From: an uncultured Gemmatimonadaceae bacterium
GTDB lineage: Bacteria > Gemmatimonadota > Gemmatimonadetes > Gemmatimonadales > Gemmatimonadaceae
Assembly: GCA_963761305.1 (NCBI GenBank)
Contig: CAVXGK010000001.1
Location: 1,632,001 to 1,696,000, forward strand
Reading direction: 5' to 3'
Length of the DNA stretch: 64,000 nucleotides
Numbering within the stretch: position 1 is the first letter of the stretch; the number at the start of each line of letters is the position of its first letter. A program made the translations under genes and the position numbers. The notes beneath the pieces are model-generated. The model searched no databases, was not told the DNA's origin, and saw nothing but the letters and a program-made list of their open reading frames with translations. Below are positions 9,193-19,803 of the stretch, in pieces.

Positions 9193-11709
9193 TCACTTCG
9201 CTTTCTTTGTTCTCGGCGGCTGGATCGGTTCGGCACTCTTCGTCTCCAGCCGCCCGTCGCGCGGCGTGCCCAGCGTCACACCGGCGGAGTCATCGGCCGC
9301 CGGATGCTGCAGCGCACGCTCGATGTTCCGCGCCACGTCGTCGAGCCGCGTCGCACGCGCCACGTCGCGCGTCGTCGCCAAGACCGCCGCCGCGCCGCGC
9401 GCGTCGCGGTCGCTCTGCAGCGCTTCCGCGAGCTCGGCGCCGGCGAACACGTACAGCGCCGGCATGCTCACCGACGGCCGGTCCACCCATCGCCCCTCGG
9501 CCACGATCGACCGCGGGCCCACGAACACGTCGTTCCACAGCGTGCGCGTACGTGCGACGTCGAGCCAGCCGTCACCTTCCACGAAGACAGTGTCCCGTGT
9601 CTGCGCGGTTGGTGGCACGAACAACTTCGACGCGAGCCCCTGCGTCAACACGTTGTCGCCCAGCCCCAACGTTCGTGGATAGCCGCCGGCTGAGCGCGCG
9701 AAATAGATGGGACGAGCCGGCCACGAATCCCGGATCATTTGCAGCACGAACGCGTCGGCGCGCATGAGAACGCCGTTCTCGAGATGTCGCGGATCGATCG
9801 TCGCGTGGATCGCGCCGCTGTTGAACACCATCGGACCGGGAAGCTGAATGTATTCCGGATACGAGTCCGCGTCGGCGAACGACATCTTGAGCGGCGGACT
9901 GGTCGGCCTCGGCCACACCTTGTCGCGATAAATCGCCGGCCCGCGCGCGGCGTCGTAGTCGTAGACCGGCCGCCGGATGATCTGCCGCGCGTACCAGTCC
10001 GTGTTGAGCAGCGACGTGTTCGCCACCACGACGTCGCGCCGAATACCCTCCACCTCCTGCGCGTACCACAGCGGAAACGTGTCGTTGTCGCCGACGGTCA
10101 CGAGCACGCCGTACGGCTCCACCGAATTCAGCATGTCCACCGCGACGTTACGAGTGGCGCGATGATGCGAGCGTGGCGCCGCGTTCCAGTTCGTCGCCAG
10201 CGGCACGAGCGCCAGTGCTAACGCCGGCGACGCCGTCAACCAGCCTCGGCGCGTCGGCTCGGACGTGACCGTCTTGCCGTTCTTGCGCTGCTCCGTGCCG
10301 ACCAACGCCGCGAGCGACTCCCATATGTAGGTGAGCCCCAGTCCTGCCCACACGCCCCACGCCGAGAAGCTCCAAATAAAGAAGTAATCGCGGTCGCGCA
10401 CTTCGTGATCTTGCGCGGCAAGCGCGTCCTGCGAGCTGCCGAGCTTGAAGTTCAGGTAGAAGACCAGCAGCAGCGTCATCGTGAACATGAGCGCGCTGAA
10501 GTACCAGAAGCTCGGCCGATCGCGTGACGCGTGCGTGTACGCGCCGACGAGCCCCAGCACCAGGAACGTCGCCGCAAGCAGCGCCTGCGTGAACGGCGAC
10601 ACCATGTCCGGATCGCGCATCCACTGCCACTTGAAGTAGAGCCACCACATGCCGAGCTGCTGGCCGAACCCGGCTTGGCGATCTTCGAGGGCTGGCTTGG
10701 CGTATTGGCGGCGGTTGAAGTTGTAGAGGAACGAGTCGAGCGTCGCCTTCGACAGCGTGCACGACGCCTCGATCTTCGTGCGGCATCCGGTGGGCTCGCC
10801 TTCATTGATCGCCGGGAAGTACGCGGCGCGAATTGGCTGCGTGGCGAACGGACTCAATCCCGCGAGCATCGCCACGCCGCAGGCGAGCGCGAGTCTCGCT
10901 CGCAGCAGGGTGCGCGGGCGAATCGCCAGCACCGCGACGCCCAGCGCCCCGATCGGCAGCATTCCCGCCATGTGATTCGCATAGCCGAGTCCGCAGAGAT
11001 ACGCCGCAAGCACGAGTCGGCGATCGGCGAATGGACCGCCGGGATCGCGCGTCCATCGCACGGCGAGCCACGATACGAGCGCGATGCCGGCGAGCGAGAC
11101 GGTGTAGACCTTCTCGTTCACCACCGACTGGTTCCACACGGTGAACGCGAGGGCGCCAATCACCGCCGCGGCCGTCGCGCCGGCGATTCGCAGCGCGCGC
11201 GACCGAAACCACGCACGCAGCACGTGTTCGGTGACGAGAAACCACCAGCCGGCGGCCGCCGCGCTCGAGATCGCCGCGAGGACGTTGATTCGCGCCGCGA
11301 CCGTCGCGGCAATCGGCAGCACCGAGAACGCTCGGCCGACGATGACGAACAGCGGATTGCCCGGCGGATGCGGCAGTCCGAACGTGTAGGCCGCCGCGAT
11401 GTACTCGCTCGTGTCCCACATCGCGGTCGTCGGCGCGAGCGTGAGCAGGTAGAGCCCGAGCACGCACGCGGCGACGATTCCCGCGGCCAGGTACGGGGGA
11501 CGTTCGTCCTCGGTCTCTGATTCGTCGTCGTCGCGGTCGCTCCAGTGCCAGATGAGGAGCGGCAACAGCGCGCAGTACGCGACGGCGAGCAGCAACGCCG
11601 ACACCGTGATGCCGCCGCGCACGAGATCCACGAATCCCACTGCGAACGCCAGCAACGTCGCCAATAAAAGAGAAATTTTTGTCTCTTTGGCCCATTCGAA
11701 AAAACGCAT
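9193..11709 (-). CDS. DUF2723 / TMEM260-like multi-pass membrane protein (putative GT-C glycosyltransferase)
   Basis: WDTSEY...GLPHPPGNPLF, EKVYT, HEVRDRDYFF, GDNDTFPLWYAQEVEGIRRDV. ATG 11709 has GGAG 9 nt upstream. Confidence 0.85.
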   Translation of the reverse strand: MRFFEWAKETKISLLLATLLAFAVGFVDLVRGGITVSALLLAVAYCALLPLLIWHWSDRDDDESETEDERPPYLAAGIVAACVLGLYLLTLAPTTAMWDTSEYIAAAYTFGLPHPPGNPLFVIVGRAFSVLPIAATVAARINVLAAISSAAAAGWWFLVTEHVLRAWFRSRALRIAGATAAAVIGALAFTVWNQSVVNEKVYTVSLAGIALVSWLAVRWTRDPGGPFADRRLVLAAYLCGLGYANHMAGMLPIGALGVAVLAIRPRTLLRARLALACGVAMLAGLSPFATQPIRAAYFPAINEGEPTGCRTKIEASCTLSKATLDSFLYNFNRRQYAKPALEDRQAGFGQQLGMWWLYFKWQWMRDPDMVSPFTQALLAATFLVLGLVGAYTHASRDRPSFWYFSALMFTMTLLLVFYLNFKLGSSQDALAAQDHEVRDRDYFFIWSFSAWGVWAGLGLTYIWESLAALVGTEQRKNGKTVTSEPTRRGWLTASPALALALVPLATNWNAAPRSHHRATRNVAVDMLNSVEPYGVLVTVGDNDTFPLWYAQEVEGIRRDVVVANTSLLNTDWYARQIIRRPVYDYDAARGPAIYRDKVWPRPTSPPLKMSFADADSYPEYIQLPGPMVFNSGAIHATIDPRHLENGVLMRADAFVLQMIRDSWPARPIYFARSAGGYPRTLGLGDNVLTQGLASKLFVPPTAQTRDTVFVEGDGWLDVARTRTLWNDVFVGPRSIVAEGRWVDRPSVSMPALYVFAGAELAEALQSDRDARGAAAVLATTRDVARATRLDDVARNIERALQHPAADDSAGVTLGTPRDGRLETKSAEPIQPPRTKKAK

Positions 11710-11736
11710 CGTCAAACGCTCCAGGATGAAGATCGG

Positions 11737-12981
11737 CTAGCGCGGCTCCGCGACCGCGGACGACGCCGAGACGTCGGGCCGCAAGCCGAGCGCGTAGCGC
11801 GCCCATGCACGCACGCGCGGGCTGGGGTCGAGCTCGGCGGCGTTGCGCGCCGCGGCGACGGAATCCGGGCGGTGCGCCAGCCCGATCACCGCGTACGCCC
11901 GCGACTCCCAGCGCGCGTCGCGCATCAGCGTCGCGAGCGTGTCGCGCGTCGGCGCGAGGTCCACCGCGGTCAACGGCGCCGCGGAGATGGCGCACGCGGC
12001 CGTCGTGGCCAGCGCCCAGCGGCGCGCGAGAGGCCGCACGTCATGCCGCGGGTCGAGGACGGCCGCCAGCCGCGAGCGCAGCGGACCGCGGCCCGACAAC
12101 GCGAGCGCGGTTCCCCTGGTCCAAGCACCGAACGACGACGCGCTGATCAGCAACTCGGCGTAGTCGCTTCGCGCGACGCCTGACGCGAGCACGCGATCGT
12201 CGGCCGCCTGCTCCGCGTCGCGCCGCAACGATCGCGCGATCCACCACGCGCCGGGGTGGAACCAGAACAGCGCGCACGCCACGCGCGACGCGACGCCGAA
12301 ACCCCAGTCTCCGCCGCGCACGTGTGCCAGCTCGTGACGCAGCGCCATCCGGCGCTGGTCGGACGTCCACGCGTCCGCCGCGGCCGGCACGAGGATCACC
12401 GGTAGAAGCACGCCCCATGTCATCGGCACGCCGACCTCGACGCTCCTGAACAATCGCACAGCCCGCCGCACACTGAGTCGAGCGCGAGCGTCGGCGAGAT
12501 CCGCTGCCCACCGCGGGTCGCGCTCGAGCGGCCGCGCGCGGCGCAGGAGTCGACGCGCGCGCCAGGACGCGAGAATCGTCGGTGACATCGCGACGACGAC
12601 ACCGATCGCGTACGCGACGAGCAGCAACTGAATCGAAGTGGCCGCCAACGACCCGCCCCCGCCCCCGCCGGCGTCGTGCGTCGTGGCGCCCGCCACGCGC
12701 ACTCGGCCGAGCGCGATGAGCGGCGCCGCGACGGCCGAGGGAACCGCCCAGCCGGCGAGCCGGATCGGCAACAATCGTCCGACGAACGCGATGAGCAGCA
12801 TCACGACCGCCGCCCGCCACACCAGCACGCGGCCTTCGGCACTCGCGCGCCGAAGCGCGACCGCTCCAACGATCGCGGCGAGGACCGGCCCCGTCGCGAG
12901 CAACGACGCCGTGTACACCGACGCGGCGGCGCGCGCGCTGTCCGCGGCTGATACCGGCAGCTCGGCGAGCGTGGTCAGCAT
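11737..12981 (-). CDS. M56 (BlaR1/MecR1-like) membrane metallopeptidase with C-terminal HEAT-like repeat
   Basis: PMTWG, LRHELAHVR, LFWFHPGAW, EQAADD; directly follows the BlaI gene. Confidence 0.9.
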   Translation of the reverse strand: MLTTLAELPVSAADSARAAASVYTASLLATGPVLAAIVGAVALRRASAEGRVLVWRAAVVMLLIAFVGRLLPIRLAGWAVPSAVAAPLIALGRVRVAGATTHDAGGGGGGSLAATSIQLLLVAYAIGVVVAMSPTILASWRARRLLRRARPLERDPRWAADLADARARLSVRRAVRLFRSVEVGVPMTWGVLLPVILVPAAADAWTSDQRRMALRHELAHVRGGDWGFGVASRVACALFWFHPGAWWIARSLRRDAEQAADDRVLASGVARSDYAELLISASSFGAWTRGTALALSGRGPLRSRLAAVLDPRHDVRPLARRWALATTAACAISAAPLTAVDLAPTRDTLATLMRDARWESRAYAVIGLAHRPDSVAAARNAAELDPSPRVRAWARYALGLRPDVSASSAVAEPR

Positions 12982-12985
12982 TCGC

Positions 12986-13381
12986 TCATTTTCCTTCGGC
13001 GCGCAGCCGTTTGATCACGCCGGCCAGCTCGCTGCGCTCGGCGGTAGAGAGCGGCCGGTCGGCTTCGTCCAGCAGCGCGACGACGGCAGCCGTGCGCGAT
13101 CCGCCGAAAAACGTTCCGATCAAATGCTTGACCGCGCTCTTCTGCGCCACGTTTCGCGGCGTCGTCGGGTAATAGACGTGTCGCGGTCCGTCCTTCTCGT
13201 GGCGCAGATGTCCCTTGTCCTCGAGAATGCGGAGCATCGTGCGCACGGCCGCGGCGACCGGTGGATCGGGAATGCGCGCGTGAATCATCGCCGCCGTCGC
13301 GCCACCGGCGGCGTATACCACGTCCATGATCTGCCGCTCGCGGCGGCTCAGGTTCGTCGAGGGAGAGGAAGCGCGGGCCAT
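12986..13381 (-). CDS. BlaI/MecI/CopY family transcriptional repressor
   Basis: LSRRERQIMDVVY...VRTMLRILEDKGHL...FFGGS. Confidence 0.92.
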   Translation of the reverse strand: MARASSPSTNLSRRERQIMDVVYAAGGATAAMIHARIPDPPVAAAVRTMLRILEDKGHLRHEKDGPRHVYYPTTPRNVAQKSAVKHLIGTFFGGSRTAAVVALLDEADRPLSTAERSELAGVIKRLRAEGK

Positions 13382-13389
13382 GGCTAGAT

Positions 13390-13439
13390 AAAATATTGTC
13401 CCATGGAGAGAATATTTTGGCAGGACCCCGTTCTGTCAA
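13390..13439 (-). promoter_or_regulatory. Promoter and inverted-repeat operator for the blaI-like operon
   Basis: TTGACA at 13439-13434 (minus strand). AT-rich inverted repeat AAAATATT-N13-AATATTTT (13390-13418) overlaps the -10 region. Confidence 0.6.
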
Positions 13440-13460
13440 GCGCCGCCGCGGTCGCGCGCC

Positions 13461-15017
13461 CTAGCGCGACCCGGCCGGGACGGCTCCCCCCTGGCGCTCC
13501 AGTTCCAGCTCGGTCCGCAGACTCTCCTCGTCCCGGAACAACGTCGCCAGGGCGAGCAACTGGCCGCCGCGGAGGAACCGCACCGAGACGTCGCGCGACG
13601 CCGCGTCGCCCGTCACCTCGACCTTGTCCCACTTTTCGGCGTGGCCGACGTAGTTGATGCTCACGTCGTAGTGCGCGCTCCAGAAGAACGGTACCGCCTC
13701 GAACGCCTCGCGCGCGCCGAGGATGTTTCGCGCCGCCGCTTGGCCCTGCCGCTGCGCGACCACCCAGTGTTCGACGCGAATGCGCTCGCCGGTGTGCTGA
13801 TCGGGCCAGCGCGCGATGTCGCCCGCCGCGTAGACGCCCGGCGCGCTCGTCTGCAGGAATTCGTCGACGACGATCCCACGGTCGATCGTGAGACCGGCGG
13901 CTTCGGCGAGGCCGAGCCGCGGCTTCACGCCGACGCCGAACACGACCAGATCGGCGGCGAGCCGCGTGCCGTCGTCGAGCACGACCGAGTCCTTCTCGAT
14001 CTGTTTGGCCGTGTGTCCGAGATGGAACACGACGCCGTGCTCCTCGTGCAGCGTTTGAATGAATCCGCCGAGGTGATCGCCGAGAACGCGGCCGAGCGGA
14101 ATCTGCTCTGGCGCGACGACGACGACGTTCAGTCCGCGCCCGCGGAGCGATGCGGCGACTTCGAGTCCGATGAAGCTCGACCCGACGACGACCGCGCGCT
14201 TCGCCGTCTTCGTCGCGTCGACGATCGCGCGGCTGTCGTCGAGGGTGCGCAGATAGCGCACGTGCGGCAGGTCGGCGCCCGGCGTGTCGAGTCGAACCGG
14301 TTCGGCGCCGGTCGCCAGCAATAGCGCGTCATATGAGAGCGGCGCTCGCCCGTCGAGCTCCACGCGCTTGTTCTGGACGTCGATGCGCGTCGCGCGCGCT
14401 CGCACCAACTCGATCCCGTGCTCGGCGTAGAAGCCTTGTGGACGAAGCGGGATCCAATCTTCGGGCGCGTTCCCGGCGAGATAGTCCTTTGAGAGATTGG
14501 GGCGATCGTACGGCACGCCGTTGTCGCCGTCGATCGTCGTGATCGTGCCGTCGAAGCCGCAGCGGCGAAGCATCTCCGCCGCCGCGCTGCCCGCGGCGCC
14601 CGAGCCGACAATGACGACGCTTTTCACGGAGGGATCGCGCGTGAATGATGCCGACCCCGACGGAGCGAGCGGATCGCGCTCGATCTTGCCCGTGACGACG
14701 ATCGATTTTCCGCGACGTTCCGTCGTCCAGCGCGCGACCGGCGACAAGGCGGGCGCGTGGAGCGCTTCGCCCGTGCGGAGGTTGAAACACGCGTGGTGCC
14801 ACGGACAGCGCACCGTGTCGCCGTCGAAGAGTCCTTCGGCGAGCGGCCCGCCGTAGTGCGTGCACGTCGCTCCAATCGCGCAGTAGTCGCCGCCGAGGCG
14901 CACGAGCAACACGGGCTCGCCGTTCGCATGACCGAGCACGGCGCCGCCGGGCTCGACACTCGCCGCGTCGATTCCTTCTGTCAGATCGGGACCAGTGAGC
15001 TCGTTCGATCCGCCCAT
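13461..15017 (-). CDS. Rieske [2Fe-2S] + FAD/NAD(P)-dependent oxidoreductase (AIF-like)
   Basis: CTHYGG...CPWH Rieske ligands; VIVGSGAAG, YDRPNLSK, GSSFIGLE, AAGD, PFFWS. Confidence 0.9.
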   Translation of the reverse strand: MGGSNELTGPDLTEGIDAASVEPGGAVLGHANGEPVLLVRLGGDYCAIGATCTHYGGPLAEGLFDGDTVRCPWHHACFNLRTGEALHAPALSPVARWTTERRGKSIVVTGKIERDPLAPSGSASFTRDPSVKSVVIVGSGAAGSAAAEMLRRCGFDGTITTIDGDNGVPYDRPNLSKDYLAGNAPEDWIPLRPQGFYAEHGIELVRARATRIDVQNKRVELDGRAPLSYDALLLATGAEPVRLDTPGADLPHVRYLRTLDDSRAIVDATKTAKRAVVVGSSFIGLEVAASLRGRGLNVVVVAPEQIPLGRVLGDHLGGFIQTLHEEHGVVFHLGHTAKQIEKDSVVLDDGTRLAADLVVFGVGVKPRLGLAEAAGLTIDRGIVVDEFLQTSAPGVYAAGDIARWPDQHTGERIRVEHWVVAQRQGQAAARNILGAREAFEAVPFFWSAHYDVSINYVGHAEKWDKVEVTGDAASRDVSVRFLRGGQLLALATLFRDEESLRTELELERQGGAVPAGSR

Positions 15018-15123
15018 TTCCACCCCTCCCCAAATGGAGTACGTGCTGCAGACCAGTACATTCCGGAGTCACGGCGTTCCTTCTCTCGTTCCGACACCCT
15101 CTCAACGCAAAGCGACCATTCTC

Positions 15124-15648
15124 ATGGAAGATCTGCGATATCCGGTCGGACGCTACCAGCGGCCTCAATCTCTCACTTCCGAGCAACGTCGCACGGCGAT
15201 CGAAGCGATTGCGGCCGCACCGACGCACCTCCGTTCAGCCGTTTCCGGCCTCGACGACCGCCAACTCGAAACGCCCTACCGCCCCGACGGCTGGACCGTC
15301 CGGCAAGTCGTGCACCACGTCCCCGACAGCCACATGAACGCTTACACGCGCTTCAAGCTGGCGCTCACCGAGGAGACACCTACGATCAAGCCGTACGACG
15401 AGGCCAAATGGGCGCGGCTCGAGGATTCCCGCTCCACGCCGATCGCCACGTCGCTCGCGCTGCTCGACGCGGTCCACGACCGGTGGCTGCGCGTCCTACG
15501 GTCCATGTCGGCGGCGGACTTCGCGCGGACGCTCAATCATCCCGAGAACGGCCTGATGAACCTCGACCAAATGCTCGCGCTCTACGAGTGGCACGGTCGG
15601 CATCACGTCGCACATGTAACGAATCTTCGCAGCCGCAGCGGCTGGTAA
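15124..15648 (+). CDS. YfiT/DinB-family metal-dependent thiol transferase-like protein
   Basis: MEDLRYPVG, TPYRPDGWTVRQVVHHVPDSH, PTIKPYDE, YEWHGRHH. Confidence 0.9.
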   Translation: MEDLRYPVGRYQRPQSLTSEQRRTAIEAIAAAPTHLRSAVSGLDDRQLETPYRPDGWTVRQVVHHVPDSHMNAYTRFKLALTEETPTIKPYDEAKWARLEDSRSTPIATSLALLDAVHDRWLRVLRSMSAADFARTLNHPENGLMNLDQMLALYEWHGRHHVAHVTNLRSRSGW

Positions 15649-15895
15649 ACTGCCTTACCGCAGAGTCGCAGAGACGCAGAGAACTGCCGCAGAGGAAACC
15701 CTTAGCATCGTTGCGCAACGAGCTGGGATTCTTTGGGAACAGCCGCTCGGGATGCTTCACTCACGGTGGAATGTTTCCGGCGCGTCGAGGCATCCCGAGC
15801 GGCTGTCACAAAAAAAAAATCACGGCTCGTTGCGCGCTGATACTGGGTCGTCCTCTGCGGCTCTGCGTCCTCTGCGTCTCCGCGGTGAAGCAGTT
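15648..15895. repeat. Nested inverted-repeat element, copy 1
   Basis: AACTGC..CGCAGAG outer arms; inner AGCCGCTCGGGATGC/GCATCCCGAGCGGCT stem. Begins in the TAA of the yfiT-like gene. Confidence 0.85.
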
Positions 15896-16106
15896 GCCGT
15901 TGGCCGCGCGGCAGCAGGACCGGTCGCGGGGTTTGTTCGGCCCGGGCAACACCGCTTCCCGCCGAAGGTTCCGTCGCGTTTCTCGTTGGTGGTCCCGGAA
16001 CGATCTTAACGATCGCAATGCAACTCACGTCATCCTGAGTGAAGACGGCACCAATCGGGTGCATGACGAAACACTCAAGAACGATCTGACGGGGGGGCAT
16101 CTGCAT

Positions 16107-16454
16107 ATGAAGAGCGTAACGACGGTTGTGTTCGGTGCGATCATGGCGGTGGCAGTCGCCGGCATCGCGGGCGCGCAGACGACGACGGACCCGGGAACGA
16201 AGCGCGAAACGCGGGACCTCAGGCGCGATCACCGCGACCTCGTAAGCGACAGACACGACACGCGGGCCGACGAGCGCGATCTCGGTGCCGACAAGCGTGA
16301 CGTGCGGCAGGACGTCAAGAGCGGTCAGTTCAAGGATGCGCGTCAGGACCTGCGCGACGTCCGCCAGGACCACCGCGACCTCTCGAACGACCGGCAGGAC
16401 ATCCGTTCGGATAAGCGCGACATCCGCCAGGACCGCCGCCGACTCGGTCGGTAG
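16107..16454 (+). CDS. Small secreted protein with charged heptad repeats (DxRxDxR)
   Basis: Signal peptide MKSVTTVVFGAIMAVAVAGIAGA-Q, G-rich RBS, repeats DLRRDHR/DVRQDHR/DIRSDKR/DIRQDRR. Confidence 0.75.
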   Translation: MKSVTTVVFGAIMAVAVAGIAGAQTTTDPGTKRETRDLRRDHRDLVSDRHDTRADERDLGADKRDVRQDVKSGQFKDARQDLRDVRQDHRDLSNDRQDIRSDKRDIRQDRRRLGR

Positions 16455-16513
16455 TATTCGCAGGTTCCGCAGTGCCCGCGGCCATCCGATTGACCCCTGA
16501 TCGAGCCGCAACG

Positions 16514-16546
16514 GCGCCCCAGGACTGCCCCAGCAGCCTGGGGCGC
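16514..16546 (+). terminator. GC-rich hairpin, possible terminator
   Basis: GCGCCCCAGG/CCTGGGGCGC 10-bp stem with only a weak U tail. Confidence 0.4.
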
Positions 16547-16740
16547 TGCTTCATTTCGATCAAGGAACCCGAGCGCGAAAGCGATTCAGCGCCTAGATTT
16601 GGGACGTTGGGGACCTGGCCTCCATCCTTCCACGGGCCGCTGTGAAGCGAGCCCCGCGGCAGGATCGTCCTGTTGGTGAACGCTCCCTTGCCGCGAGCAC
16701 CACCCGACGGCCATAGTCTTACGCTTGCAGCTCCGAAAAC

Positions 16741-18600
<1,860 letters not shown>

Positions 18601-18624
18601 GCTGCCCGCGCCGGCAGCGGTCGA

Positions 18625-19707
18625 TCAGCCGGCCGGCTTTTTCCCGATCTTGGCTTTGACGTCGTTCACGACGTCGTCGAGCAACGCGTTGTCGACGCCG
18701 ACGTCCCACTCGTCGTCGCGTTGCCACTGCGCTTCGGCGCGGACGAGCACCTGCTTCCAGTCTTCGCCCACAAAGCGCACGACGACACGCGTGCGATAGC
18801 GAAGGTCGGGCATGCCGGAGCGCGAGAAGCTCGCTTGCCAGGGCGTCATGAGGAATCCGGCTTTCGCGTCGCTGACGTCGATCGAGTATTTCGCCGACAA
18901 CACGTCAGTGACGCCCCGGAAAAGCGTCGCCTTGGTCATTCCGTCGCGCACGTCGATCAGCCGTGAGACCTTGAGGTCCGCCGTCGTCTTCGAGAACGTC
19001 GACGGCGGGCCGCCCGTCGTGAGCTGCGTAGGGACCGGTGCCGGCGGGGCCGCTGGATGCGCGGCTCCAGGCGTTGGCACGGTTGTGCCGGGCGCCGTGG
19101 CATGGCTGCACGCGCTGATCAGGCACGCGACGCATACCGCGGCGACAGGCGCGAGACGTCGCGTCCACACGGCGAACGCCTCGAGAAACCTCTTCACGAG
19201 GTCGCGGGTCGACTCGTCGGTCAAGCGACCCTCCGCATCGAACCGCTGCGCTGCAAGAGGTAGGATGACCTCCGGCTTCAGCATCGCCGGGGTATCCGTG
19301 AACACGAACGTCTGGCGCAGATGGTATTGCGCCCGCATGCCACCACTGATTCCAGTGCTCGCGCTCATGATCGCCGCTGGCTTTTGCTTGAGGGGTGAGG
19401 TTTGCGGAGGACGCGAAACCCAATCAATCGCGTTCTTGAGAACACCGGGCACACTGTAGTTGTACTCAGGGGTGACGACGAGAAACCCGTCCGCGGCGCG
19501 AATCGCCTCTGTCAGCGCGTCGACCGGTTCGGGGCGAGCGATCTCCCGCGCGTCTTCGTCATACGGCGGGATCTCGCGCAACCGGTCGAAAATCTCGATC
19601 ACCATCCCCTGCGGCGCTAGCTCTTGCGCCGCTTTGAGCAGGCTTCGGTTCAGGGAATGACGCCGAAGACTGCCCGCGAGCCCCAGGATTCGCTGCGCTG
19701 GATCCAT
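18625..19707 (-). CDS. NAD(P)H-dependent FMN reductase (ChrR-like) in frame with a lipoprotein-like C-terminal domain
   Basis: GSLRRHSLN, TPEYNYSVPGVLKNAIDW, GGMRAQ; then RRLAPVAAVCVACLISAC and a Pro-rich linker. Confidence 0.8.
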   Translation of the reverse strand: MDPAQRILGLAGSLRRHSLNRSLLKAAQELAPQGMVIEIFDRLREIPPYDEDAREIARPEPVDALTEAIRAADGFLVVTPEYNYSVPGVLKNAIDWVSRPPQTSPLKQKPAAIMSASTGISGGMRAQYHLRQTFVFTDTPAMLKPEVILPLAAQRFDAEGRLTDESTRDLVKRFLEAFAVWTRRLAPVAAVCVACLISACSHATAPGTTVPTPGAAHPAAPPAPVPTQLTTGGPPSTFSKTTADLKVSRLIDVRDGMTKATLFRGVTDVLSAKYSIDVSDAKAGFLMTPWQASFSRSGMPDLRYRTRVVVRFVGEDWKQVLVRAEAQWQRDDEWDVGVDNALLDDVVNDVKAKIGKKPAG

Positions 19708-19803
19708 GTTTCGTCCGTGGTCCCGTTGTCGGAGACTGGCCGGCCTGCGTGAGTCAGACCCCCGCCAGGATGCAGATGGTCACGGGCGGACGTAGCTACC
19801 GAA

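Noticed and set aside
16028..16072. Hammerhead ribozyme (GTC..CTGAGTGA..GAAAC)
   Set aside because: The core is not CUGANGA, and stems I and III cannot form.
14757..16454. 565-aa ORF and other ORFs crossing the repeats (HPERLFPKN, LCVSA peptides)
   Set aside because: Chance read-through of palindromic repeats. Only 16107-16454 of this ORF looks coding.
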